From NCBI GenBank assembly GCA_964016885.1, contig OZ024749.1:33790001-33854000 (forward strand): DNA of 64,000 nt, in the 5' to 3' direction. Made by a program: the position numbers and the translations under genes. Positions 1-14,884 of the stretch are shown piece by piece. This DNA is from Eledone cirrhosa. Taxonomy: Eukaryota. A model generated the notes under the pieces. That model worked only from the letters and a program-made list of their open reading frames with translations. It made no database searches and was not told the origin of the DNA. Positions within the stretch are counted from its first letter, which is position 1. The number at the start of each line of letters is the position of its first letter.

Positions 1-143
1 ATAATTGTTTGTACTTTTGGCACAAGGCTAACAATTACCCAGTGCATTACTGGTACTTTATTTTATCGACCCCGTAAGGATGAAAGGCAAAGTTAAACTC
101 GGCGGGATTTGAACTCAGAATGGCAAGAGCCGTAACTGTATGC
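1..143 (-). mobile_element. tRNA-derived SINE family A (Meta-domain-like), partial
   Basis: Reverse complement carries B-box GAGTTCAAATCC followed by GCCTTTCATCCTTACGGGGTCGATAAAATAAAGTACCAG; many near-identical copies in the window. Confidence 0.8.
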
Positions 144-198
144 TGATTTAACACTTCACTGCTCGCAAGTGTTTTTTAAGCTTCATATCATGTCTCCC

Positions 199-269
199 TA
201 TTTTATCTGATGAGAACGCAAATATCATCCCATGATGATATTTGTTTTTGAAATGCGCATAATAAAATA
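199..269 (+). ncRNA. Type I minimal hammerhead ribozyme, family H1
   Basis: TATTTTAT-CTGATGA-helix II (GCAAATATCATC/GATGATATTTGT)-GAAA-TGCGCA-TA-ATAAAATA; helix I is 8/8 complementary; further copies at 41197-41267 (-) and 55307-55377 (+). Confidence 0.8.
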
Positions 270-408
270 CATGGAACATTTTTAACCATCTTTTGATTTT
301 ATATATATATATATATATATATAACGAAGGAAGTGTGGTAAGGAACCAGGCGGACCATAACGCACCAAAGTACTCAATACGAGTGTGTATGATTGTGTAT
401 AGAAGATT

Positions 409-609
409 ATATTAATAAAAGGAATTCCTAATTTGTCTGATTTACTCGTTTTATTTACAATCCTTTAAAATTTATAATGGTATTAGAATGAAATAGTATG
501 GTAGAATATTAAATGTTAAGTGTTAATTGAACAAGTACTTTCATGCTTTCGCAATCTTCAGGTTCCGAATGTGTGGTGACAGTCAAGTTTGCAATTTTCA
601 ACTGTGAAA

Positions 610-671
<62 letters not shown>

Positions 672-931
672 CAGTATATATATATATATATACATATATA
701 TATTCAACAGTATATATATACATATATATATATATTCAACAGTTGAAAATTGCAAACTTGACTGTCACCACACATTATGAACCTGAAGATTGCGAAAGCA
801 TGAAAGTACTTGTTCAATTAACACTTAACATTTAATATTCTACCATACTATTTCATTCTAATACCATTATAAATTTTAAAGGATTGTAAATAAAACGAGT
901 AAATCAGACAGAGTTGGAATTCCTTTTATTA

Positions 932-935
<4 letters not shown>
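409..935. mobile_element. Fold-back module (~200-bp inverted arms around (TA)n), probable Penelope-like element terminus
   Basis: Arms ~409-612 and ~735-935 are near-perfect reverse complements; each arm holds a hammerhead core. Confidence 0.7.
778..816 (+). ncRNA. Type I minimal hammerhead ribozyme, family H2
   Basis: TGAAC-CTGAAGA-TTGC GAAA GCAT-GAAA-GTAC-TT-GTTCA; GAAA tetraloop on helix II; palindromic helix III; mirror copy at 528-565 (-). Confidence 0.75.
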
Positions 936-989
<54 letters not shown>

Positions 990-1255
990 TTTAGGAATAG
1001 AATCTTTCACCGTATTTGTTTTACTAAAGAAATTTTAGCCTCATGACAAAGATAAGGGTTCAACTCCCCTGTACTCTATGAAATGGAAAATAGAAATTCT
1101 CATCTTTTTCCATTTCATAGAGTGTACTATCAGGCTAAAATGCCTTTAGTATAAAAAAAATACGGCGAAAGCTTCTATTTCTAATTCCAAAACACCCACC
1201 CGCACACGCATGTAAATATATATATATATAAACACACACACACACACACACACTC

Positions 1256-1368
<113 letters not shown>

Positions 1369-1402
1369 CATATCTATATCTCTCTCTCTATATATATATA
1401 TA

Positions 1403-1830
1403 TAACAAAGGAATTGTGGTAAGGAACCAGATGGACTATAACGCACCAGAGTACTCAATACTTAGGGTAGTAGAGTGAGAAATAGGAAAAAGTATGACCC
1501 CGACGGCAGAGCTCAAGCCGTTTCGACGGCTATTTCTGGCTATTTCGACGGCTATTTTCTGAGTCCAGAAACAGCCGTCGAAACGGCTTGAGCTCTGCCG
1601 TCGGGGTCATACTTTTTCCTATATATATATATATATATATATAGGAACAAGTAAGACCCCGACGGCTGAGCTCAAGCCGTTTCGACGGCTAGTCCAGAAT
1701 TAGCCGTCGAAACGGCTTGAGCACAGCCGTCGGGGTCTTACTTGTTCCTATTACCCACTCTACTACCCTAAGTATTGAGTACTTTGGTGCGTTATAGTCC
1801 ACCTGGTTCCTTACCACATTTCCTTCGTTA
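1403..1830. mobile_element. Two fold-back copies of repeat family H3 (hammerhead 3' half), in mirror arrangement
   Basis: GAAACGGCTTGAGCTCAGCCGTCGGGG motif with inverted copies; the family also occurs at 322-380, 3146-3343, 20682-20871, 29717-29824, 54113-54205, 56448-56705 and 63824-63879. Confidence 0.75.
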
Positions 1831-2158
1831 TATATATATACATAACAGAGTGAGAGCGAATCAATTGGAGATTTTAAAGATAATGCGACGGAAAAAAAAC
1901 CCTTACATAAATATGCGTCTTACATTAATATCTGTATATAGAATGGGGAGACATATTTATGTAGTATTTTAGTATGTTTATACATTTCAACACATATCAA
2001 TTAAATTACTAATAAGCAAGTAGCATAAATGTATATATTAAATGAGCGACTACGTAAACAAATAGGAATTGAGTATTATATTATTATGTAGTTCCTGTTT
2101 GACATTTATGGACTATGTGTATGTATAAATGTATATGTATATATATATATATATATGA

Positions 2159-2211
<53 letters not shown>

Positions 2212-2214
2212 TTC

Positions 2215-2254
<40 letters not shown>

Positions 2255-2904
2255 GAATGTATATATATATATGCATTCTTATGAGTCGGTGATTGCGTTT
2301 ATTCGCGTAGATATTTCCGGACACACCAAGAATGATTATTATTAAAGCATAGAAAAAAAGACGTTAGTCCATAGATAGACTTTGACAAACGTCTCAAGGA
2401 CATCAGCTACGTTTTTAACATATGGGTTACCATACTTTATGTGAAGATTTGAACATAATTTTAATTACTTGAACTTATATTCCTAATCTGAACCAAAGAC
2501 ATTAAGCGAATGAATATTACTCTAACGAAACAGTTGACTTCTAAACAATAAACGGAGGAGTGTACATAGAGGTTAATTTGATCTGTAAATGCGTTACAGA
2601 GAACTGGGATACGTTTCGTGTTTATCAAACATCATCAGTGAAGTATAATCAACACACAGCTACAAAATCATCTATACGATTAAAATATTTAATAAAGATA
2701 TTGTTGTCTTGTTGTTTTGTGAAAATAATGTGCCAACTGTGTTGAGCTTCATGTACAGGCTCCCATATTTAATAAGACGAGCTAAAAATGATTTCTTCAT
2801 TCAAGAAATACATAGATACATAGATACATATATACATACATATATATATATATATATGTACATGTATGTATATATATATCTGTACATATATATATATAGA
2901 GATC

Positions 2905-3051
<147 letters not shown>

Positions 3052-3061
3052 ATATATATAT

Positions 3062-3145
<84 letters not shown>

Positions 3146-3146
<1 letters not shown>

Positions 3147-3343
3147 ACGAAGGAAGTGTGGTAAGGAACCAGGTGGACCATAGCATACCAGAGTACTCAA
3201 TACTTAGGGTAGTAGAGTGGGTAATAGGACATTTTTCAAGACCCCGACTACAAATCTCAAGTCGTTTCAACGGCTATTTCTGGACTAATTTAGTCCAGAA
3301 ATAACCGTCGAAACGGCTTGAGCTCTGCCGTCGGGGTCTTGAA
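3146..3343. mobile_element. Family H3 fold-back copy
   Basis: Same sequence as 1403-1621; axis hairpin ATTTCTGGACTAATTTAGTCCAGAAAT. Confidence 0.7.
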
Positions 3344-3459
3344 CATATATACATATATATTTGGTGACCTTACTTACAAATTGCCATTTACAGGCCTCTG
3401 GTGTGCAACCAGCGATGTACTGTAAATCAGAAATGATCAAAGATACAATCAGAAAAACA

Positions 3460-4200
<741 letters not shown>

Positions 4201-4531
4201 AATTTACATTGATGAATCGGATCATACTGGTTAAAGCACGTACAGCGCTATGCTCCAGCCTGGGGAGTTAAGAAGTTGAAAGTCTTTCACTTTATATACT
4301 CTAGAGTAGCATTCTAATTAAACGCTATTCCTCTCCTAAAATTTTCCCTTTACGTATTGAACATACCTCGCATATATTTATGTATTGTTGTGCGCATAGA
4401 TATGTCAGTATCACCTTTAATTAATGAATGGATTAACCAGCCCTCACATGACTTCTTTTTATCTACAATTCACGTCTAACAGCCACTCTCTTTACAGCCA
4501 CACAGGCACACGCTCACACACATATATAAAC

Positions 4532-4571
<40 letters not shown>

Positions 4572-4740
4572 CAATATAATTAGAAACACACAGATACATG
4601 CGGACACACACACATATATACATGAATGCATCCGCACCCAACTGTGAGTTAAGGGTGCCAACTTCACCGATGTTGCTCAATGAATGACTGGGACAGACCA
4701 ATTCAGTTGAACTAGACTGAACCAGTATCAGAGTTAAAAA

Positions 4741-5068
4741 TACATTATGAAGAGAGAAGAAACATTTAGATATAATTAGTAATAAAATGTATCATACCTA
4801 AACTGCTCCTAAATTCCTCGACTACGTAGTTTCGTGGCATAAACAAAAACAATATATCATGAAGATATAGAGTCCTTGCGAGGTCTGCCGACTTATCAAG
4901 AGGATACCTCATTTTACTAGTCTCAAGAACGCGTCTACACGACGTGAGAAAGAATCCCAAAAGGCGGAGGGGGAGATAGTCACGCGATATAACGGTCGAG
5001 AAACGGAGCAGTTTAGGTATGATACATTTTATTACTAATTATATCTAAATGTTTCTTCTCTCTTCATA

Positions 5069-5073
<5 letters not shown>
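4741..5073. repeat. Inverted repeat with ~68-bp arms, next to (TA)n
   Basis: 4741-4809 is the reverse complement of 5006-5073. Confidence 0.8.
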
Positions 5074-5111
<38 letters not shown>

Positions 5112-5158
5112 AAGTAAAAGCGAAGTAGTTTCAGATGTTCAAGTCCTTTAATAATAAT

Positions 5159-5232
5159 GCTGTGATATATATTTCAATGACGACACTGGCCACACTGTTC
5201 TGTGTGCGAGTGTCGTGACATCATCAGACAGC
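5159..5232 (-). ncRNA. Type I hammerhead ribozyme with extended helix II, family H4
   Basis: Minus strand GCTGT-CTGATGA-(ACGACACT..CACA/TGTG..AGTGTCGT)-GAAA-TATATA-TC-ACAGC. Confidence 0.75.
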
Positions 5233-5979
5233 CTGTTACATATATATATATATAAAGTTAATATGTCTAAGGGTACTAGGTACCCCCAGAAATACATAGG
5301 CTGTCTATGATTCAAGGTGGTTCGATGGTATTAATTTGATATACCAGAACTTAATATCAAGATAAGCAGAACAAGTAAAATTCAACCAATTTTTCAAAAT
5401 AAACCAAAATTAATTTAAAATTAAAATTAATTAAAATTAAAAAATATAATATAAATATTTACCTATTCGGATGGCCCTTACTGTACAGTTTCACTTTGCA
5501 AAATATTAGATATCCTATGGATATTAATGGAAAAACAAAGATCATCAGAGAAGCATTTTCCTTTCCTAGGGTTAAAAAGCCAGGAACGATAAAATATATG
5601 ACCTCTTCGCCAGCTAACACAGAGTGACCCGTATATATATATATAGTGAAATATTGAAGAATGACAGAGGTAAACACTGTATTTAAGGTCGAGTGACGCA
5701 ACTTCGAGTGATTAGCGGCCTTTAGACTCACCTGATCAATGAAACAATTGTTAATACTGTAAATAAAAGCCATTTTGTACAGCCGACCCCATGTTATTCT
5801 TCAATCTTTCACTATTATTACTACAAGAATAACCTGCATAGGAATTCTCACGAAGTCGCTACCTAACGATGGAAACCTCTTGTAGAGTCAAACAACGCTG
5901 TACGTTAAAACTATCCACAATACGGAGTACTCACAACCTCTAACTGGATTACCTATAACGACAACTTGTTATCCCATAT

Positions 5980-6050
<71 letters not shown>

Positions 6051-6271
6051 AGAGAAAAACCACAAACCCTCCATCTCAACTCTACTTTTGAAAAGCAGAA
6101 GAACTGCGAAACCGGTAAAGGAACCAAATAAATATAGATATTTTTTTAAAAATAAGACTCCAGTTGCATTTTCGATTTCATCTTTTTTTCTTTATACTTT
6201 CACTCGTGTAGGACACATCGGTTATTTTTCATTTTGTAAAAAAACCCTCACTTTCTAATATATATATATAT

Positions 6272-6541
6272 AGTATAAAAGAGAAAACACAGGTAAGCAT
6301 TAAGAGAAGGATTTAATCCAGGTATTTACGACCGTTTCATTGGTAAGTGCAACCTTATATTGCTATACTGCAAATAGCAGCCACTCAATTTTTTGAAAAT
6401 TTGGACTGTGAACAACAATTATAATTGAGTGGCTGCTATTTGCAGTATAGCAATATAAGGTTGCACTTACCAATGAAACGGTCGTAAATACCTGGATTAA
6501 ATCCTTCTCTTAATGCTTACCTGTGTTTTCTCTTTTATACT
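6272..6541. repeat. Fold-back with ~118-bp perfect arms carrying a hammerhead 3' half
   Basis: 6272-6390 is the reverse complement of 6423-6541; GAAACGGTCGTA-AATAC motif; (TA)n flanks. Confidence 0.8.
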
Positions 6542-6677
6542 TTATACTCCAAGATTGAACGGAATTCTTACAAACTTGTGGAGTTACCCCTAACCGTACG
6601 TTGAAACCATCCATGAAACTGGCTTTCTTAACCAAAAACTGGATCACAATAAGCAATTTTTTGCTTCTCTAACTATA

Positions 6678-7088
6678 TATCTATCTATCTATCTAAGGCG
6701 GGTAAAATTCCCGAGATCCATGGACGAGTTCTCTCCAGCGGTCTCTGTCCCTCATTATCGCTGCCATATCCTGCATCTCCAACAGACCAGTGTCTGTCCT
6801 TAGGGCATCAACATATGTTAACCTTGGTCTTCCTCTTCTAGTGTGTCCATGTAGGGGCTCCCAAAGGAGCACTGAGTGCAATGTCAACTCTGGATGTCGG
6901 TGAGCATGTAGAGACCTGAAAATCCGCCTCTTCATTGCTGTAGTGGAGTCTGTGCTGTTGTATGGGTCTGAGACTTGGTCACTGACCAAGAAACTCACTC
7001 TGATGGTGGATGGGTGCTACACGAGAATGCTGAGGATGGCTCTGAACATTAATCAGTATACACTGAGGATGAAAAACTCAGAGCTGTA
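6678..7088 (-). mobile_element. RTE-like LINE 3' end with inverted 5' segment
   Basis: Minus 6693-6909 encodes HRHPEL..LLWEP.HG..RRGRP..TY.D.L..DTGL..MRDRDRW with a (TAGA)n tail; plus 6910-7088 encodes KIRLFIAVVESVLLYGSETW...YTRMLRMALN. Confidence 0.85.
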
Positions 7089-7096
7089 ACTATATA

Positions 7097-7144
<48 letters not shown>

Positions 7145-7885
7145 TTATGTATATCAGTATATTAGGACGTGAACACAGTTAAAACAGGTACTCAATACGT
7201 TAGTAATGTATAGACATATATATTTTATTATAGAAATTGTGACTTTCCTGATGATTTTTTATGAATAAAACAGTTCTCATCCTGTAGATTATAAAATAAA
7301 TAAATAAGGACAAAATTGTTTTTTGTTCTGCTTTCATTCCGTTCATTGACTTGATCTTTCTTTGTTGATTTTCTTAAGTTTATATATATATATGTGTTTT
7401 GTGTGTGTGTGTGTGCGTGCGTGCGCGCGCGCGTGTGTGTGTATGTGTGTGTATACAAGTATATATATATATTCGTCAAAGTGACATTATTGAAAAAGTG
7501 AGAGGAACATTTTAAAAAAAAAGAAGAGTTTTATAAGGTATATAAAATATACAAAATATAACCAGTTTCGATGTATCAGTGAAATCCATCTTATCAAATG
7601 CTGAAAATTACAATTAAAAAAATTAAAAGGAAAAATTAAAAATTAAAAATGTAAGATTTAAAATGAAGTGTTCGTTCATCTTCTCTGTTGAGATCCAGTC
7701 TTCTCAACAATTTGCTTTATAAATTTCTCCTATGCAGGAATTTATAAAGTAACTGCTTCAGTTCTTCATCTGAGTTCATCAGTGGTTGAAGATGTGAATA
7801 ATCTGTGAAACATCTCTATGTTCTGTGAATAATCCATATATATTTATTGTTTTTGTAATTCACACGCACAAATAGAAGCCCATAA

Positions 7886-7983
<98 letters not shown>

Positions 7984-8202
7984 ACACACACACACATATA
8001 CATATATATATATATATGCATATATAAGTATATATATACATATAAGCATATATATATAAGTATACATATCAGTATATATATCTATATCTATATATATATA
8101 TATATATTTATACATATGAGAAAGAAATGAAATTTCATTTTTTCCATTTACACATATATATACATATATACATATATACAAATATATACATATACATACA
8201 AG

Positions 8203-8233
<31 letters not shown>

Positions 8234-8466
8234 TATTTTATATTTTGTAGGTGGTGTGGAGGGATCTCATTACTGGTTCGCTTCGCGTGGTGTTTCATAT
8301 ATACTGGTTTGATCAACATTCTCTGTATACGTCTAATATACATATAAACCAAATTGTTTGTATTCCTTACACGATAAATTTCAATCAAACAGACCGGTAA
8401 TTTGGTAACTTGCAACTCTCTAGCAGAAGAAAAATAGATTTGCCTTCCCACTACATTCTTTCCGCC

Positions 8467-8515
8467 TCGCTGAAGAGTGTACTCTTACACGAAACCTGAG
8501 ATATTAGGATCCGAA
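8467..8515 (+). ncRNA. Degenerate hammerhead candidate
   Basis: CTGAAGA-GTGTA CTCT TACAC-GAAA-CCT..AGG; cleavage-site region imperfect. Confidence 0.45.
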
Positions 8516-8597
8516 AAGAAATATTAATATCATTTCATGCATCCATTTTTTCTATTTACCATCTATATCGAATGTATATCTTGCGTATGCACCAAGA

Positions 8598-9431
<834 letters not shown>

Positions 9432-9997
9432 TCTATGTATATGAATCTCTGTGTGTTATGTATGGGTGTTCATCTTTCGTTGGGCTATCACATCACAATG
9501 CCGCTTTTGCTACTATCGAAAATGATGTGAGCCAGAAAGAATTTTGTGATGATTCAGAGCTCCTCTGTGTGTTTATTAAGTATTGTGTTTAGGAGACATT
9601 GCGGGATTCGTCTCTGTTCCTTGCTCTCCTCTGATTTCAAATCTCGACAGGCTTATTTATATTTGTTGCTAGTTCTTTCGATTTGGATAAATATGGATTT
9701 TTCTGTATATTTTTCTGGATAATTTTCTGGATAATTTTCTGGATATTTTTCTGGATATCTTCCTTGCATATGAGACTGTTGCTGTATCGGGTTGCCGTGC
9801 ACCTGATAGAGATCAGAGATCAGTTTCCAGTGTCCACTGCGAGGAGGACAACTTGGGCCCAAATTCTGGATGAAATCGTCTCCTTTCAAACTTGGAGAGA
9901 AGTGAGTTTCATAATGCTTAAAGTAACTAACTTATTCTCTATATTAGCCAACATACTGACGACTTTTCCATAGGCCCGATGGATCGATGGCAAAATA

Positions 9998-10673
<676 letters not shown>

Positions 10674-10924
10674 GCTTCTACAGGACTAGAACTGTTTCAT
10701 TCGGGAGAAATCACCAGGAACCCCTTCTCAGAATTACATTTATGCTTTTAGACGGGAATAACATTTTAGATCTGCAGGACACCAAATGGAAGTTTCTATC
10801 TACACGCTCCACCAAAGTCGTAAGAAGGAGCATAAGAATGTGACGGAGATCCTGTATATATGTATGCGTGTGTGTTTCTGTGCATATATCTATGGTTGTA
10901 TATATATATATATATATATATATA

Positions 10925-11222
10925 TACGATATTAAATAAATGGAAACTATATTTATTTCATTATACATATTTCAGGGATACCAAATTAAAATATGGTATG
11001 CCTTCATCAGACAAAATACAATATATATATATTTTGTCTGATGAAGGCATACCATATTTTAATTTGGTATCCCTGAAATATGTATAATGAAATAAATATG
11101 GTTTTATAAATATAGTTTCCATTTATTTAATATCGTATATCTACTCCAAAAACTTGTCGAGTGCTTTATATCAGTTATAAAATATTTACTTGTTGTATCC
11201 CAACAATTTTAAATAGAACTTT

Positions 11223-11225
<3 letters not shown>
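10925..11225. mobile_element. Family H5 fold-back copy
   Basis: Inverted arms centred near 11025; hammerhead at 11030-11094. Confidence 0.75.
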
Positions 11226-11284
<59 letters not shown>

Positions 11285-11462
11285 TTTATCCCGGGTTCAA
11301 TCGGGGGTAACTACAGTAAGTAAGGTACTCAATATATAGCAGAGGATAAATATTAAATATAGAAAAAGCTTCTACAGGACTAGAACTGTTTCATTCTAGC
11401 CCTGTAGTATATTAAATATTTATCCTCTGCTATATATTGAGTACCCTACTTACTCTCGTCGC

Positions 11463-11509
11463 TTTCCTGATGATTTCTCCCGAATGAAACAGTTCTAGTC
11501 CTGTAGAAG
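11463..11509 (+). ncRNA. Type I hammerhead ribozyme, family H6
   Basis: TTTC-CTGATGA-TTTC TCCC GAAT-GAAA-CAG(ttctagtc)CTG-TA-GAAG; related copies near 10672-10720 (-), 42650-42755, 45995-46050 and 61590-61630. Confidence 0.65.
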
Positions 11510-12391
11510 CCTTTTCTATATTAAATATATATATATATATATATATATATCTAAGGCGGGTAAAATTCCCGAGATCCATGGACGAGTTATATATAATTTA
11601 TAATAAATTGGAGTGAAAGCAACTGGTGGGTGTGTTTCTTATTGGCAACATGACCCTCCCAAAGCATAACAATATCGGTTTCAAAAATATATTTCATGCA
11701 TACGCATGTGTGTGCGCTTGTGCGTGTGTGTGTGTGTCTGTGTCTGTGTGTGAGTGCGTGTATGTGGGAGGGTGTGTATGTGTGGTCTGTCCTTCAACAT
11801 ATATTCAAACATACGTTCATGACGTTGGTATAGAAATTCTAAAAGATAATTTCTTTAGACCGTTCTTTAACATATGTGTAACGCAGACGTCTCTTTAGAA
11901 ATAGTAACCAAAACAGTCTTTTCATATTTTCTTATATAAAGCGAATATTCCCCAGCCAGAAATTGTCCAGGCATTTCTTTTTAATTCTGTTTTATTTATC
12001 CATTCGTTTATTTATTTGAAATTATGTTAGCTTATTGAAAGCTGCTACAACGCCTATTTAACTATAAAATAGCAGTTGAACATATAAACTCTTAGAAGTG
12101 GACAGAGTGAGTTTAAACTGATATTAAGACCAATGATGAAGCTTTGTATTTTTCTTATAAACTAAATCATTTTGATGAATTGTTAGTTTTCTAAGTGTAC
12201 TATTTGTTTATGGCCCGTACCTAGCTCGCCGATAAAACAAGATCGATAAAATAAGTATCTCACATAAAGTTAAATCATAAAAAGAAAAACACACACAGGC
12301 ACAAAATACTGGAATTGACATTATTAACGACTAATCTGATCAGGTCGGTGCCTCAGCATGCCTGGAATATAATAACTGAAACAAATGAATG

Positions 12392-12665
12392 CGGAGGCAT
12401 GTGGCTCTGGATTTGGACTTATGATCATAATGTCGTGGGTTCGATTCCTGGGCTGGGTTGCGTGTTATGTTCTTGACCGAAACACTTCATTTTACGTTGT
12501 TCCAGTATATTCAGTTGAAAATGAGTACCAGGAATAGCTGAGGGTTTAACCTTGTGATGAACTGGCGTCCTGTCCAGGGGGAAAGTCTTATATTCTCAGT
12601 CGCTTCACGCTATGAAACCGGTATAAGTACCAACATAACGAGCCTTCTGGTTTAAGACAGACTGT
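12392..12665 (+). mobile_element. tRNA-derived CORE-type SINE, family B
   Basis: B-box GGGTTCGATTCC, CORE-like TGTTCTTGACCGAAACACTTCA, tail shared with 16608-16885. Confidence 0.7.
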
Positions 12666-13452
12666 AAGATAAAAGAATGAAAACATTAAGAAGTAGAGCT
12701 CACATTAAAAATTAATGGATTTTGTAAATATCTAACGAAAACACAGAAAATTCTGTAGGAATTCTAGTTTTACTTTCAACCTCTAATGGAGAGCTAACTT
12801 TCCATTAGATTAATGATAAATAAATATGGACGAATACATAATAATTAAGGTTTCTAGAAATTAACAATTATACTCATTAATTCCAAGCCATTACGCGGCG
12901 ATTGCTGTTCAACAATAATAATATATCAGTTGAAAATTGGTCATGTAGCTATTATATCGTGTAAGAATGAACATTATTGTTTATGGTCGTATAATGAACA
13001 ATCAGCTCTCTTATTTCAGTGTCTGCAATCCATCAACTAACAGCATAATTGCATATTTTATTTCGACATTTCCACATAAACATTGTACATCGTGATTTGG
13101 TTGAAGTCCAAATTGACTGGCCAAGGGAAATAGGTTTTAATCACCAAACTAACCAACGGTAATGGTTAGTGTTCTTTTACATTGTCTGATGTATTTGACC
13201 AAGCAACCAATTGTCTACTTCTTCAGCTAGACGTCAAAGTAAAAGCATCTATTAACTGGGTTGTCAACTCAACAGACATTTTAACATTGTAACTATCCAA
13301 GGCGAACGATAGAGATTCCTTAAAACACACGCACACATACACACGTATACATATACACACGCGCACACACACGCATACATACACATGCGCGGATGCACAC
13401 TCTCTCACAAACGGGTATATGCACAGACACACACACACACACACACACACTC

Positions 13453-13483
<31 letters not shown>

Positions 13484-13604
13484 CACCCACATACTCAGAC
13501 ACAGACTCACGCAATTGTCAATATGTTTTATACACAAAGAAATATGAATGTAGATGCTTTGATTCGCGCCTGATTCAAGGATCTGTCTATGTATGTATCA
13601 CCTG

Positions 13605-14020
13605 ATCTTTGTTTCACTCTCATTGCTCAGCAGATGCCAATATAATATCAAATATTAGCGAAAAGGAAAATATCTATGCAGAACTGATGATAAATCTGCA
13701 GATACTCCACCCTGATTACACCTTCAGATTTATGCCTGTGATTATTGGGGCACTGGGATATGTTAGTAACTGCCTCAATACAAATCTTGAGAAGCTAGGC
13801 TTCACAGGAACAGAAAGAACACAACTAGTTAGGAAATTACAAGTACAATCCATTAATGGAACAGTAAAAATATGTAAAACATTCCAAAGATTTTGCATCT
13901 AATAACTGCATATACACATGTACAGATGCAAAGCATATACACATGCACACAAAAAAACTCAAAACATACACATCCACACATACAATAACATCCATATCTA
14001 CACATGCATGCATGCATACA
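13605..14020 (+). mobile_element. 5'-truncated R4/Dong-type LINE (endonuclease C-terminus plus 3' UTR)
   Basis: EKENIY..L..NLQ..P.YTF.F.P.IIGA.GY...LGF.....LQ......KICKTF.RF aligns by eye with the C-terminus of ORF 24379-27888. Confidence 0.85.
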
Positions 14021-14210
14021 TAGTTGTTTCTACTTTTTGGCACAAGGCCAGCAATTACCCAGTGCATTACTGGTACTTTATTTTATCGACCCCGTAGGGA
14101 TGAAAGGCAAAGTTAACCTCGGCGGGATTTGAACTAAGATCATAACGGGACGTAACTCTGTGCTTCAAAGCATGGTGTCCGACTCTCTACCGATACTGCC
14201 AATCCACCGT
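14021..14210 (-). mobile_element. SINE family A
   Basis: Near full-length reverse-complement copy. Confidence 0.85.
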
Positions 14211-14347
14211 ACATAATCTACCTAGTTGATGTTGTGTATTTACACAACCAATGAAAGAGTCTTGTGTCTATGTTAGAAACCGACTCTCTCTCTATTGGTA
14301 AAACTTTGTGAAATTATAAAACCAGAAGAACATACATACATACATAC

Positions 14348-14805
14348 ATGGTGGCTGCCAACTCGTTTTCGAGTACGGCCACTACTTTATATCCATGTAG
14401 GAGAACCCCTACCAATGCACTGAACAAGTATGCTTTTTAGTCCAGCCAGCGACTTGAAAACTCTGGTACAAACACTACACTTGTGACAAATATTGACACA
14501 TAGTGCTGGGCCCATGATACCATGTGATGACAAGTGCAGAGAGATCTCCAGATATAAAAAAATGCCTGTGCCGTGAAGCTTTTATAGTGAGCAAAGGCAC
14601 TGCACAAAGCCAGTCCCACTCTCTTAACCAGGATGATATTCACCAAAGAGAAGAACAAGTCAACATCATTGGATACCATCAGAGTTGCAGGTATTATATC
14701 AGAGTTTTCCTTCTCCTAGAATTCTACCTTGACAAAGACTAAGGGGTCATCTCTCCCGGTGATTTTGGATGGCCATTGACTCTTAAGAGCTCCTTTGCCC
14801 TTTGA
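14348..14805 (-). mobile_element. Non-autonomous RTE-derived element, 5'-truncated
   Basis: Matches 57876-58484; (CATA)n on both sides. Confidence 0.85.
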
Positions 14806-14851
14806 CATACATACATACATACATACATACATACATACATACATACATACA

Positions 14852-14884
<33 letters not shown>

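Noticed and set aside
7660-7815. Host exon or PLE GIY-YIG C-terminus
   Set aside because: Stops interrupt the frames I tried and I see no convincing motif.
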